Shown here: positions 1 to 9,640 of the stretch, in pieces
Layout: the number at the start of each line of letters is the position of its first letter
Position numbering within the stretch: the stretch's first letter is position 1
Assembly (NCBI GenBank): GCA_028705215.1
Contig: JAQWDY010000001.1
Location: 32,785-96,784, forward strand
Length of the DNA stretch: 64,000 bases
From: Patescibacteria group bacterium
GTDB lineage: Bacteria > Patescibacteriota > Patescibacteriia > Patescibacteriales > UBA12465
Direction: 5' to 3'
Made by a program: the position numbers and the translations under genes
Notes under the pieces: generated by a model
Seen by the model: the letters and a program-made list of their open reading frames with translations, nothing else
Told to the model about the DNA's origin: nothing
Database searches by the model: none

Positions 1-199
1 GTGTTAAAAAATGTACTAAAAATTGCAGTAATAATTAGAAAAATGAGAAATAAAAGTAGAAAATTTTTTATTAATTTTTTCATGAAATAAAAATATTTAT
101 ATAATTATCTTAATTATAAAAGGAAAAAATACTTTTGGCAATTATAAGCTGCTCCCCTAAACTAGCAAAAACCCCTCGAGAAGAGGAGTTTTTGTTGTC

Positions 200-1429
200 T
201 TATTTTTCAACTTTTTCTTTATTCGTGGTTTTTTTCTTTTTTTCCTTTTCTTCCTTCTTTGGCTCATCTTCAAGCACTTCCTTTTCTTCCTTCTCCCCTT
301 TTTCTTCTTTATCTTTTTTTGCCTTACTTGTTTTTTTACCATTAGCTAACTTTAAACCCAAACGATGCTCAGAAGGAGAAATGCTTACAATCTCAAACTC
401 TTTTTCTTCGTCAGCTGTAAATAATTCACTAATTTTTTCTTTAGGACCTAAATTTAATTGACTTATATGAGCCAAGCCATGAATCTCTTCATCTAGCTTA
501 ACGAATAGGCCAAAGGGATTAACTTTTAATATAGTGCCTTTCACAACTTGACCAGATTTGTACTTCGCGCTTGCCTCTAACCACGGATCGCGCATTAATT
601 TTTTTGCACTTAAAAATACTTTAGCGCCATCAATAGAAATAATTTCTGCCTTAATATCATCTCCCACCTTATACATTTCATTGGGAGAATCGATTCTTTG
701 CCACGCAAGTTCGGAAATATGAATCAAGCCTTCAATTCCTTCACCAAATGAAACAAAAACTCCAAAATTAGTAATGGCAGTAATTTTACCATCTACTTTC
801 ATGCCCTCTTTATATTTATCAAGAGCTGGTTTTTGTTTTTTATTCCAAACATCCTTCTCGCTGAAAATAATTTTATTGTCTTCTTCGTTTAAGGTAATAA
901 CAGAAACGTCAACTTCTTGACCAACAAATGATTTTAACTTTTCTAAAATGCGGCTTTTATCACCACCAGCGATGCGTGGATAATTTTCAGGCGCTAACTG
1001 TGAAACCGGCAAGAAACCTTCGATCTGACAATAACGAGCAAGTAATCCACCCTTATTAGCGTCCGCAATCTTTACTTTAATAATTTCTTTATTTTTAAAG
1101 GCTTCTCTTAACTCCTTCCAGGCCTTTTCTTGTCCAACTAGACGAAAGGATAGCTCTAACTCACCACGCTCATTTTCTTCATCAATTACCGCTGCCTCTA
1201 TTTCATCTCCTGGCTTTAAATCAGCATAAGTGGAAACTTCGTTATAAAGTTCTGGCCCACGTACTATTCCAATTAAAACACCATTTACATCCAACTTTAC
1301 CTCAGATTTTGAAGCGGTAATTACCTTGGATTTAATAATATCGCCTACTTGAGGGATTTTAATTTCATCACGCTCAAGTAATTTACCAAAATCAATATCT
1401 TGACTTTGATCTAAATTTTTATCTTCCAT
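200..1429 (-). CDS. rpsA: 30S ribosomal protein S1, multi-S1-domain, with Lys/Glu-rich C-terminal tail
   Basis: ORF 200..1501; internal ATG at 1429 gives MEDKNLDQSQ... Repeated S1-domain pattern (G.V.G.V..I..FG.FV.L..G..GL.H.S). C-terminus is a KE-rich low-complexity tail. The +strand ORF 135..461 is its antisense shadow. Confidence 0.85.
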   Translation of the reverse strand: MEDKNLDQSQDIDFGKLLERDEIKIPQVGDIIKSKVITASKSEVKLDVNGVLIGIVRGPELYNEVSTYADLKPGDEIEAAVIDEENERGELELSFRLVGQEKAWKELREAFKNKEIIKVKIADANKGGLLARYCQIEGFLPVSQLAPENYPRIAGGDKSRILEKLKSFVGQEVDVSVITLNEEDNKIIFSEKDVWNKKQKPALDKYKEGMKVDGKITAITNFGVFVSFGEGIEGLIHISELAWQRIDSPNEMYKVGDDIKAEIISIDGAKVFLSAKKLMRDPWLEASAKYKSGQVVKGTILKVNPFGLFVKLDEEIHGLAHISQLNLGPKEKISELFTADEEKEFEIVSISPSEHRLGLKLANGKKTSKAKKDKEEKGEKEEKEVLEDEPKKEEKEKKKKTTNKEKVEK

Positions 1430-1597
1430 AAAAGCTGACTTTTTCTTAATAAAAAAAGCTCGCTTAGCCCTGAATCTCTCAGAGCTCTTCGGTTGCCTCA
1501 AGATTTTAATCTTCCGAAGAATTTATTAAAGGCAAATATATTTAATTTCGTATTTTCATCCTAAAGTAAAAAAGCAGTTTTGTCAAGATAAGTATTT

Positions 1598-3085
1598 CTA
1601 TAGCATGTTCTTTAAAAATTGATATATTTTAACCATGGCCAAGGTGTCAAGTTTACAATACTGCAAGAGATCACGTTTTATAGCCTCCTTTTCTTCATCT
1701 GAAGTTTCAGAATAAATCATTTTTTGCCATCTTTCACTCGCTTGATCGCCCTTAGAAATATTTAAATTTTTATAAGTTAATTCTGGCACTAAAACTGGCA
1801 AAATCTTCTTAATACTACTGCTTCCTTTGAAGGCGGGATCCATATAATAACCATTTGAAAATATAGTCATTAAGTCAAACATGTTGTCATTTATCTGCTT
1901 TAAAAAATCAGCATCATTAGGATGTAGCTCAGCTAACTTTTTGTTGCGCTGACTTTCATATGTAACGTACCAAGCAATCACTGTTCCTTTAGGGTTAATA
2001 TCTTTTTTCATTCTTTCTATTAAAGGCTTGGTTAAATCTGTTTTTGGCTCGGTAATTAAAAACTCCCTATGTTCCAAACTGCCATCTTCTTGCATGATGT
2101 GAAGAGAGTATTGAAAGGGGACCTGCTCATAAGCTCCGAAGCCATCGAACATTGGAATAGCGCCAGTAAATCCTTCGTAATCAAAAAATTGCAGAGGAAA
2201 CTTTAAACTATCTAATTCTTCTTTGATTGCTGCTTTGTCAATTATTGGCTTGCCTGAAATAACAGAATCATATTGTAATTTTTTTATTCCTTTTAATTTT
2301 TCTGGATTAGGAATATCCTCTATTTTAAAAATCCTTTTATCTATCCAGTCGTAAAATAATTTTTTACTTGCCCCTATCCGGTTAATGTCATGAACAGAAT
2401 AATCAGGAACCTCGGGGTTGGAATAACTAAAGGTGGTGCAATGATTATTTCTGCCTCTATATAAACACTCGCAACCCCCTTCTTCTTCATCGGTTAAATA
2501 TTTTTTCATATCTTCCATTTGCCTTTTAACCTCATTTTGAGCTAATTCTACTTCATCGCTAATATCAGCTATTACAAACAATTTGTCATACTCTAGTTTA
2601 CCTCTTTTTTTATAATCTTTATTTAAATGTATTACTCCAGTTTTTATAATATTTAACCCACTTAGCTCAATAACACTTTTTTGAAAAGCAAGATCATTAA
2701 TGTAGTTGTGTGGCGCTATTCTTTTTATTTCATTTGAGGCTTTAACCTCATAAAGCTCAAAACCATTTCTAGTATTATCATAAACCAAAATATCAGCTCG
2801 AATAAAAAAATTATTTTGCAAAAAAGTAGCTTGAAATATAACTGGGGTTTTACAAGAAATATATTTTTTAGTATCTAAAACCGCTTCATCACCCTGACTA
2901 TCAACTAATGTTCCGCCCTTGAATAAATGTCTTGCCTCTTCGTCGGCCAAATTACCCTCTTCAATTATCTTTTTTTCAAAATCAGAAAGCTTGGCATCAT
3001 CAAATAACGCTGGTTTATGTTTTTTTAGCCAAAGATTTTTTTTACAAAATGTATATTCTAAATAATCTGTTTTTGTAATTTGCAT
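1598..3085 (-). CDS. DUF2779-like protein (RecB/Cas4-like nuclease-family fold suspected), Cys cluster CECLYRGRNNHC
   Basis: ORF 1598..3262 runs over two tRNA genes at its 5-prime end; the first ATG clear of the tRNAs is at 3085 (MQITKTDYLEY...). The family assignment is from memory of the DUF2779 sequence pattern, not a search. Confidence 0.4.
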   Translation of the reverse strand: MQITKTDYLEYTFCKKNLWLKKHKPALFDDAKLSDFEKKIIEEGNLADEEARHLFKGGTLVDSQGDEAVLDTKKYISCKTPVIFQATFLQNNFFIRADILVYDNTRNGFELYEVKASNEIKRIAPHNYINDLAFQKSVIELSGLNIIKTGVIHLNKDYKKRGKLEYDKLFVIADISDEVELAQNEVKRQMEDMKKYLTDEEEGGCECLYRGRNNHCTTFSYSNPEVPDYSVHDINRIGASKKLFYDWIDKRIFKIEDIPNPEKLKGIKKLQYDSVISGKPIIDKAAIKEELDSLKFPLQFFDYEGFTGAIPMFDGFGAYEQVPFQYSLHIMQEDGSLEHREFLITEPKTDLTKPLIERMKKDINPKGTVIAWYVTYESQRNKKLAELHPNDADFLKQINDNMFDLMTIFSNGYYMDPAFKGSSSIKKILPVLVPELTYKNLNISKGDQASERWQKMIYSETSDEEKEAIKRDLLQYCKLDTLAMVKIYQFLKNML

Positions 3086-3185
3086 GGATAAAATATTATT
3101 TCTTATTTTTAAATCATATCTCTTATTAACCTTGCAAGTCAAACAAAAAACAACCCCTAGTTGAGTTGTTTTTTGTTTAGACAAT

Positions 3186-3260
3186 TGGAGCGGGTAACGG
3201 GAATTGAACCCGTCTCTCGACCTTGGCAAGGTCGCATAATAGCCACTATACGATACCCGC
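3186..3260 (-). tRNA. tRNA-Gly (anticodon GCC), CCA encoded
   Basis: Reverse complement GCGGGTATCGTATAGTGGCTATTATGCGACCTTGCCAAGGTCGAGAGACGGGTTCAATTCCCGTTACCCGCTCCA. Cloverleaf: 7-bp acceptor, anticodon stem CGACC/GGTCG with loop TTGCCAA, T-loop GGTTCAATTCC. Confidence 0.85.
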
Positions 3261-3270
3261 AACTAATTTG

Positions 3271-3353
3271 TGGTCCAGGTGGGAATCGAACCCACATGCC
3301 GGTTAGGCACAGCATTTTAAGTGCTGCGTGTATACCAGTTCCACCACTGGACC
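3271..3353 (-). tRNA. tRNA-Leu (anticodon TAA) with long variable arm, CCA not encoded
   Basis: Reverse complement GGTCCAGTGGTGGAACTGGTATACACGCAGCACTTAAAATGCTGTGCCTAACCGGCATGTGGGTTCGATTCCCACCTGGACCA. Anticodon loop CTTAAAA, class-II variable arm, acceptor GGTCCAG/CTGGACC. Confidence 0.8.
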
Positions 3354-3363
3354 AAAAATTATG

Positions 3364-3745
3364 TGGAGATGATGGGAGTTGAACCCATGTCCAATCGGTT
3401 TTTCTAAACACATTTACAAAGATAGCCTGATTTATTGGATTTAACCTGAATCATAATAAACCTGGCAAAAAGCGATTCAAGCGATTTCTCTATTTAATTC
3501 AATTTAATTTCGAGAAAGAAAATTAAATATATCCTCATGATTATGACACCAAGAAATAGCTATGAGAAATTACTATTTTTGATGGTTTAAGCTTGTATTT
3601 AAGCTAAAACTGGTGCATAACTTGGAACATTCCAAGTAAATGCTTTTGTCTTTTTGACATTTATGTTTTTTAGCCGGTTTAACGTGACAGCTAAGCACGC
3701 TTTGAATATTTAGAAAAAATCCAACTGTCGATGCCTGGCATCCCC
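3364..3745 (-). ncRNA. ssrA: tmRNA (ssrA)
   Basis: 5-prime end GGGGATGCCAGGCATCGACAG (reverse complement of 3725..3745) pairs with 3-prime CATCTCC-A. tRNA-like T-arm ATGGGTTCAACTCCCAT at the 3-prime end (3364..3395). Internal frame ...AAT GTT CCA AGT TAT GCA CCA GTT TTA GCT TAA suggests a tag ending ...NVPSYAPVLA*, tentative. Lies 9 nt downstream of smpB. Confidence 0.8.
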
Positions 3746-3754
3746 TGTTAAATT

Positions 3755-4213
3755 TTATTTCCGTTTTGTTAACGACCGTAGCCTTTTGTCAATATCTCTT
3801 TTTTTGATAGTCTCTCTTTTATCATACTTTTTCTTTCCCTTAGCAATAGCAAATTCTAACTTCAAAAAACTATGATTAGTATATATTTTAAGCGGGACTA
3901 GTGTCAAGCCCTGTTCCTGTTTTTTGCCAATTAATTTAGCTAATTCCCACTTTTTCAATAAAAGCTTACGCTCTCTTTGTGGATTATAATCAGGTAATGG
4001 GCCAGCTGGCTTATAAGAAGGAACCTGGGCGCCAATTAAAAAAAGTTCTGTTTGACCATTATTTGTTCGCGGAATAATGTAACTACCCCTTAAACTAATT
4101 TGCCCGCCTTTTATCGCTTTTACTTCTTGTCCTGACAACACTAAACCAGCCTCAAACTTATCAAGGATCGCATAGTCAAATTTAGCTTTTTTGTTGATTG
4201 CCAGTATTGGCAT
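3755..4213 (-). CDS. smpB: SsrA-binding protein SmpB
   Basis: 152 aa; IAINKKAKFDYAILDKFEAGLVLSGQEVKAIKGG...LLLKKWE matches the SmpB family pattern. Overlaps the tig 3-prime end by 32 nt. Confidence 0.9.
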   Translation of the reverse strand: MPILAINKKAKFDYAILDKFEAGLVLSGQEVKAIKGGQISLRGSYIIPRTNNGQTELFLIGAQVPSYKPAGPLPDYNPQRERKLLLKKWELAKLIGKKQEQGLTLVPLKIYTNHSFLKLEFAIAKGKKKYDKRETIKKRDIDKRLRSLTKRK

Positions 4214-5492
4214 AATTCCATTCTTTTAATTTCTCTATTACTTTCTCGTTTGTTAATATATTCTTTAAGTAACTTCTATAACCCGCTTCCTCAAACATTT
4301 TAAGAATATTGTCTTGACCCTGATATTGTTCCTTTAATTGTTTAATCTTTTCTTCTATTTCTTTATCCGTAGGAGCAATCTCTTCCCTTATTGCGATCTC
4401 TCTTATAATTAAAGCTGATTTAACACGTTTTATAGCATTGGGCATCATCTCTAACATTAACTCATTTCTACTTTTATTTAGATGTTTCAAATAATCTTCA
4501 AATTTTCCTCCTTGTCTGGTTATGTTTTCTTCCAGCTCAGACATTAAATTATTAGACTCATTATCAACTAAAACATCGGGGAAATCGCCAAATTTTGTTT
4601 TAGCAACAATAGCGGCTATCATTTCTGATTCATTTTTTAAATCCATTTTTCTTTTCTTTTCATTTAAAAGATTTTCTTCTAACGCTTTATTGAGTTCTTC
4701 TATGTTTTTCAATTGAAACTGGGCGGCAAACTTATCATCAAGCTCTGGTTTTACAATTTCATAAACATCATTTATCTTAATTTTAAAATCTACTTTTTTA
4801 TCAGCTAAATTCTGTCTGTGATGTTTCTTAGGGTAGACTAAAGAGAACTCTTTAGTGTCGCCTTTTTTAAGGCCTAATAAGTTCTTATCAAAGCCAGGTA
4901 CAAAATAATCTTTCCCTACTTTAATTGGTAAGTTCTTATGGTTACCATCTTCAATTGGAACCTTGCTTAAAAACAAATCTACATCAACTAACGCCTTATC
5001 ACCGTCTTTAATCTCTCTGTCAACAAGCTTTTCCTGGGCCCTTGCCTCTCTTAAGTCTTGTAAAGCTAATTCTAAATCTTTTTTATCAATTTTAGCCTCC
5101 TGAACTTTTAACTTCAACCCTTTATATTCACCGATTTCAATCATTGGCAATAATGCTAATGTTACTTTGTACTCAAGTGGATTACCTGGTGCAAGTTTGG
5201 TAATATTGACACTAGGTTGACCTACTGGCTGACGTGGAGCAGTTTCTTTTTCAATAATATCATCAACTGTTTTCATAATCGCGATATGAGCCGCTTCTTC
5301 TAAAATAGTCATTTCCCCAATTTTTTGTTTTAGAACATCGTAGGGAACTTTACCTGGACGAAATCCCTCAATTTTTACTTTTTCTGATACCTTTAAGGCG
5401 CCTTTTTCAATGTATGGCTTAAATTCTTCAAGAGATAATTCAATTGTTACCTCAATTTGCGACTTTTCTAATTCTTTTTTTGTAACTTTCAT
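4182..5492 (-). CDS. tig: trigger factor
   Basis: 436 aa; N-terminal MKVTKKELEKSQIEVTIEL...EGFRPGKVP (ribosome-binding domain), central PPIase-like region and C-terminal domain. Confidence 0.9.
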   Translation of the reverse strand: MKVTKKELEKSQIEVTIELSLEEFKPYIEKGALKVSEKVKIEGFRPGKVPYDVLKQKIGEMTILEEAAHIAIMKTVDDIIEKETAPRQPVGQPSVNITKLAPGNPLEYKVTLALLPMIEIGEYKGLKLKVQEAKIDKKDLELALQDLREARAQEKLVDREIKDGDKALVDVDLFLSKVPIEDGNHKNLPIKVGKDYFVPGFDKNLLGLKKGDTKEFSLVYPKKHHRQNLADKKVDFKIKINDVYEIVKPELDDKFAAQFQLKNIEELNKALEENLLNEKKRKMDLKNESEMIAAIVAKTKFGDFPDVLVDNESNNLMSELEENITRQGGKFEDYLKHLNKSRNELMLEMMPNAIKRVKSALIIREIAIREEIAPTDKEIEEKIKQLKEQYQGQDNILKMFEEAGYRSYLKNILTNEKVIEKLKEWNYANTGNQQKS

Positions 5493-5606
5493 AATTTATC
5501 TAATATTTAATAATCAAATCTTAAAACACCTGAAATAAATCAAGTTGACTTTAATTATTATAACAAAAATTACAGAAAAATCAACCGATTAATATAACGC
5601 GAATAC

Positions 5607-5641
5607 AAAAAAGACTTAGGGTAATCCTAAGTCTTTTTTAT
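5607..5641. terminator. bidirectional rho-independent terminator
   Basis: aaaaaaGACTTAGGgtaatCCTAAGTCtttttta: perfect 9-bp stem flanked by A- and T-runs, between hppA 3-prime end and tig. Confidence 0.6.
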
Positions 5642-5654
5642 TTTTAAAAATCAA

Positions 5655-7667
5655 TTAAAGCAACAAGCCCACTATTAAAAGCGCAACGATATTTAACACT
5701 TTAATCATAGGATTAATCGCTGGACCAGCGGTATCCTTATAAGGATCGCCAACAGTGTCTCCAGTTACTGCAGCTTTATGCGCATCCGAACCCTTACCGC
5801 CAAAGAAACCTAGTTCTATATACTTTTTTGCATTATCCCAAGCGCCGCCACCAGAAGTCATTGATACTGCTACAAATATACCAGTTACAATCGAACCCAC
5901 TAATAGTCCGCCTAAAACCTCAAGCCCAGCTCCTGGTTTTATGAAGTTAAATCCAAAACCTACTATAATTGGGACAATAACCGGAATTAATGCTGGTAGT
6001 ATCATTTCACGAATTGCAGCTTTAGTAACAATATCTACTGTTCGGCCATAATCAGGTTTTTCTGTTCTGTCCATAATTCCAGTTTTTTCTTTAAACTGTG
6101 CCCTTACATCATCAACCACTGAACCAGCAGTTTTGCCAACCGCCTTCATCGCTAGGGCGGCAAAATAATAAGGTAATAGCCCGCCAATAAATAACCCGAT
6201 TAAAACATAGGGGTTGTTAATTAAAAATTCAGAATTACCACCTGATATTTTTATCTTATGGGTAAAATCAGCAAACAGAACTAAGGCCGCTAAAGCCGCT
6301 GAACCGATTGCATAACCTTTAGTTACTGCTTTAGTGGTATTACCAACTGCATCAAGTGGATCTGTAATGTCACGAACATCGTCGCCTAATTCTGCCATTT
6401 CAGCGATTCCGCCCGCATTATCAGTAATTGGTCCATAAGCGTCAATTGTAACAATAATTCCCGCCATTGAAAGCATGGCCATCGCAGCAATCGCAATACC
6501 ATATAGTCCAGCTAAAGAAAAGGCTCCAAAAATTGCCAAAGAAATTATAATAACTGGCCAAGCGGTTGATTTCATTGAAACAGCTAAGCCGGCAATTACA
6601 TTAGTGCCATGACCAGTAGTTGAAGCTTCAGCAATGCTTTTGACTGGAGAAAACTTAGTTGATGTATAATACTCTGTAACTATTACCAAAAGACCGGTAA
6701 CAGCTAAACCAATTAAGGAAGAAAAATAAATATTTAAAGCTAAAGCTTTGTCCGCAATCATATAATTAGTAATTGGGTAAAAGGCGATTGCGGCCAATAT
6801 CCCTGAAGCAAGCAATCCTTTATATAAAGCTCTCATTATATTCTTACTCTTGCCTAAACGTATAAAGAAAATACTAATAATTGAAGCAATAATAGAAACC
6901 GCCCCTAAAGCAAGCGGGTATAAAACAATATTTTCGTTATTAGAAAAAGTCAAAGAACCTAAAACCATAGCCGCAATCGAAGTAACAGCGTAAGTTTCAA
7001 ATAAATCAGCCGCCATACCAGCACAATCACCCACATTATCACCTACGTTATCAGCAATCACAGCTGGATTTCTCGGATCGTCTTCGGGAATACTAGCCTC
7101 TACTTTTCCCACTAAGTCCGCACCAACATCAGCTGCTTTAGTATAAATTCCGCCACCTAAACGCGCAAAAATAGAAATTAAAGAGCTACCAAAGGCAAAG
7201 CCAATTAAGGCATTTAAATCTTTAGTAATAAAATAAAAACCAGCGGTACCAATTAAAGCTAAGCCAACCACCAACATACCCGTGACACTACCACCACGAA
7301 CAGCCACATTTAAAGCTTTAGCTAGGCCACCACGAGCCGCCTCAGTTGTTCTTACATTAGCTCTAACGCTAACAAACATTCCAATATATCCCGTTAAAGC
7401 GGACAAAACTGCACCCACCAAAAAGGCAATAGCAGTTGGCCAACTTAAAGAAGGGATAAAGCCAATTATTAAAAATAAAACTGCAGCGACAAAGGCGACT
7501 GAACGATATTGTCTGTTTAAAAAAGCGTTTGCTCCCGCTTGGATAGCAGAAGCGATTTCCTTCATTTTTTCATTTCCGTCGGGTAAGCGCAAAATAGAGG
7601 CAATTACAATTACTCCGTAGATAATTGCCGCCAAAGCGCTGCCGAAGATTAATAAGGTTGTTAACAT
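5655..7667 (-). CDS. hppA: membrane-bound H+-translocating pyrophosphatase, K+-independent signature
   Basis: 670 aa polytopic; [29 protein letters not shown], and [18 protein letters not shown]. The Lys in GNTTK is the established K+-independent signature. Confidence 0.9.
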   Translation of the reverse strand: MLTTLLIFGSALAAIIYGVIVIASILRLPDGNEKMKEIASAIQAGANAFLNRQYRSVAFVAAVLFLIIGFIPSLSWPTAIAFLVGAVLSALTGYIGMFVSVRANVRTTEAARGGLAKALNVAVRGGSVTGMLVVGLALIGTAGFYFITKDLNALIGFAFGSSLISIFARLGGGIYTKAADVGADLVGKVEASIPEDDPRNPAVIADNVGDNVGDCAGMAADLFETYAVTSIAAMVLGSLTFSNNENIVLYPLALGAVSIIASIISIFFIRLGKSKNIMRALYKGLLASGILAAIAFYPITNYMIADKALALNIYFSSLIGLAVTGLLVIVTEYYTSTKFSPVKSIAEASTTGHGTNVIAGLAVSMKSTAWPVIIISLAIFGAFSLAGLYGIAIAAMAMLSMAGIIVTIDAYGPITDNAGGIAEMAELGDDVRDITDPLDAVGNTTKAVTKGYAIGSAALAALVLFADFTHKIKISGGNSEFLINNPYVLIGLFIGGLLPYYFAALAMKAVGKTAGSVVDDVRAQFKEKTGIMDRTEKPDYGRTVDIVTKAAIREMILPALIPVIVPIIVGFGFNFIKPGAGLEVLGGLLVGSIVTGIFVAVSMTSGGGAWDNAKKYIELGFFGGKGSDAHKAAVTGDTVGDPYKDTAGPAINPMIKVLNIVALLIVGLLL

Positions 7668-7706
7668 AGGTTTTAAATAAGTTTTGTATATTTATTTTTT
7701 AATTTT

Positions 7707-8984
7707 TTATTCGTCTTGTGATTTACTTGCTTCAACTTCCGATTCTGTTTCTAAGCCTGTCTCTAATTTTTCTTCTGGTTGCACATCGTTCTCACTTACT
7801 ATAACTTTTTCACCGTCTTCACCAGATTCAATAATATCTATTTTCCAGCCAGTCAATCTGGCCGCCAAACGAACATTCTGCCCATTTTTCCCAATCGCTA
7901 ATGATAGTTTATCAGATGAAACCTTAACTTGCGCCTTTCTTTCTTCTTCATCAAGAGTAATGCTTATCACTTTTGCTGGCGCTAATGAATTTGCGATAAA
8001 TTTAGCAGGATCCTCATCATATTCTATAATATCAATTTTCTCACCACCCAATTCACTTATTATAGTTTGAATTCTTGAACCCCTTTGCCCCACGCAAGAA
8101 CCAACTGGGTCAACATTATCAGACTCGGTATAAATTGCTACTTTAGAACGTGAACCTGCTTCTCTGGCAATACTTTTTATTTCTACTGTACCATTGGCAA
8201 TTTCGGGAATCTCTAAATAGAAAACTTTACGTAAAATCTCCTCACTACGACGAGATAATATTATTTCAGGCCCCTTGTGTCCCTCACGCACTTCTTTTAT
8301 AAAAATTTTCAATCTATCGCCAATATTATAGCGCTCATTATAAATCTGCTCCTCTGCTGGCATTAAGCCAATCGCCTTACCTAAATCTACAAAAACAAAA
8401 CGCCCTTCTTTTCGCTGAACAATACCAGATACAACTTCTTGTTCTTTATTTTTAAATTCTCCAAAAATCATATCTCTTTCCATTTCTCTTAATTTTTGCA
8501 CTATCACCTGCTTAGCTGTTTGTGCTGCCATGCGTCCATAGCTTTCTGGAATTGGCAGATCGGTAACAATTTCATCGCCTACCTTAGCATCATGCTTTAA
8601 GATCATCGCTTCTTTTAACTGAATATCTGTTTTAGGGTTGAATCTTTTTCTCTCCTCACCAATATTTTCATCATCTTCTTTTTCCTTAATTTGGTTTTCT
8701 CTATTAAATTCTTCTTTGCGCAACTCCTTGGGGTCAGGATTATACAAATTTTTCAACATTTCTGCTTCTTCTTCAGCTGGTAAATTGTCAACAACTGTTT
8801 TAACATCAAAAATTTCTGATTTGCCCGTAGCCGGATCAAAATCAACTCTTATATTTTGATTTCTTTCTCCATAATCTTTACGATAAGCAGCTGCTAGAGC
8901 AAGCTCTATGGCCGCTAAAACAGAATCATAATCTAAACTTTTTTCTTCGCAAAGTTGTTTAATGGCGTTTTTTATATCAGACAT
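7707..8984 (-). CDS. nusA: transcription termination/antitermination factor NusA
   Basis: 425 aa; N-terminal NusA domain, S1 and KH regions (GSRIQTIISELGGEKIDIIEY), acidic C-terminal tail. Confidence 0.9.
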   Translation of the reverse strand: MSDIKNAIKQLCEEKSLDYDSVLAAIELALAAAYRKDYGERNQNIRVDFDPATGKSEIFDVKTVVDNLPAEEEAEMLKNLYNPDPKELRKEEFNRENQIKEKEDDENIGEERKRFNPKTDIQLKEAMILKHDAKVGDEIVTDLPIPESYGRMAAQTAKQVIVQKLREMERDMIFGEFKNKEQEVVSGIVQRKEGRFVFVDLGKAIGLMPAEEQIYNERYNIGDRLKIFIKEVREGHKGPEIILSRRSEEILRKVFYLEIPEIANGTVEIKSIAREAGSRSKVAIYTESDNVDPVGSCVGQRGSRIQTIISELGGEKIDIIEYDEDPAKFIANSLAPAKVISITLDEEERKAQVKVSSDKLSLAIGKNGQNVRLAARLTGWKIDIIESGEDGEKVIVSENDVQPEEKLETGLETESEVEASKSQDE

Positions 8985-9129
8985 AATTTTTAACGGAAAA
9001 CCGTTTTAATTATTAATTTCTCTTTTGTTTTTTAAAATCTTATATTTAAGAGAAAAGCTAATTGCGACAAACAACTAGCTTTCTTATAACATGGTATCAC
9101 ATTTTCTATTTTTGTCAAAATAAGAGGTC

Positions 9130-9576
9130 CTATAATCCAACACTGGGATAAATGCTAGTATCAGCATTTTTTGCTGCTCGATTTAACATAACAATCGTAA
9201 ATCGTGTTATCGCCCAAGCCATTAATATAATTACTAAACCAATAATTGCATTTTTTAATAAACCCAAGGCTTTACTTGTCTTTTCTGAGTTGCCCCCTGC
9301 AGTCATATACTGAAAACCCGCAAATATTGTTAATCCAAGAAATATTATACCAATAAATCCAAGAGCAATTGATATAAAATTAGCAATCATATAACGAGGA
9401 TCTTGTTCGGCCCTATTCCCACCAAAAACTGAACCAACCTCCTTTAAACCAACCTGACCATCAACAAGAGATTGATCAGCGCTAACAATGTTTACTTGAT
9501 ATGTGGTAAAAGAAACAGGGATAATAAATAGAAGCAGAAAAAAGAAAGATAATATTGATTTTTTATTAATTGTCAT
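9130..9576 (-). CDS. secreted small membrane protein, TrbC/VirB2-type pilin-like
   Basis: 148 aa; signal peptide then two hydrophobic helices separated by FQYMTAGGNSEKTSKALGLLKN. Topology and Gly-rich motif resemble conjugative T4SS pilins; family assignment by pattern only. Confidence 0.4.
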   Translation of the reverse strand: MTINKKSILSFFFLLLFIIPVSFTTYQVNIVSADQSLVDGQVGLKEVGSVFGGNRAEQDPRYMIANFISIALGFIGIIFLGLTIFAGFQYMTAGGNSEKTSKALGLLKNAIIGLVIILMAWAITRFTIVMLNRAAKNADTSIYPSVGL

Positions 9577-9640
9577 AAATAATGCTATAATTGAATCAGA
9601 TAATTATATTATACAAAAGTTACGCATAAAAAACAAGAAA

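Noticed and set aside
1-93. Possible minus-strand gene start at 93 running off the left edge (MKKLIKNFLLLFLIFLIITAIFSTFFNT...)
   Set aside because: Only about 31 codons are visible, with no stop and no identifiable domain; too little to call.
135-461. 108-aa +strand ORF rich in F/S (and the 61-aa K/R-rich ORF 157..342)
   Set aside because: Antisense to the purine-rich Lys/Glu-tail coding region of rpsA; low-complexity shadow ORFs.
3157-3411. Two overlapping ORFs (84 aa minus strand, 73 aa plus strand) across 3157..3411
   Set aside because: They lie entirely over the tRNA-Gly and tRNA-Leu genes and the tmRNA 3-prime end; structured-RNA DNA gives spurious open frames on both strands.
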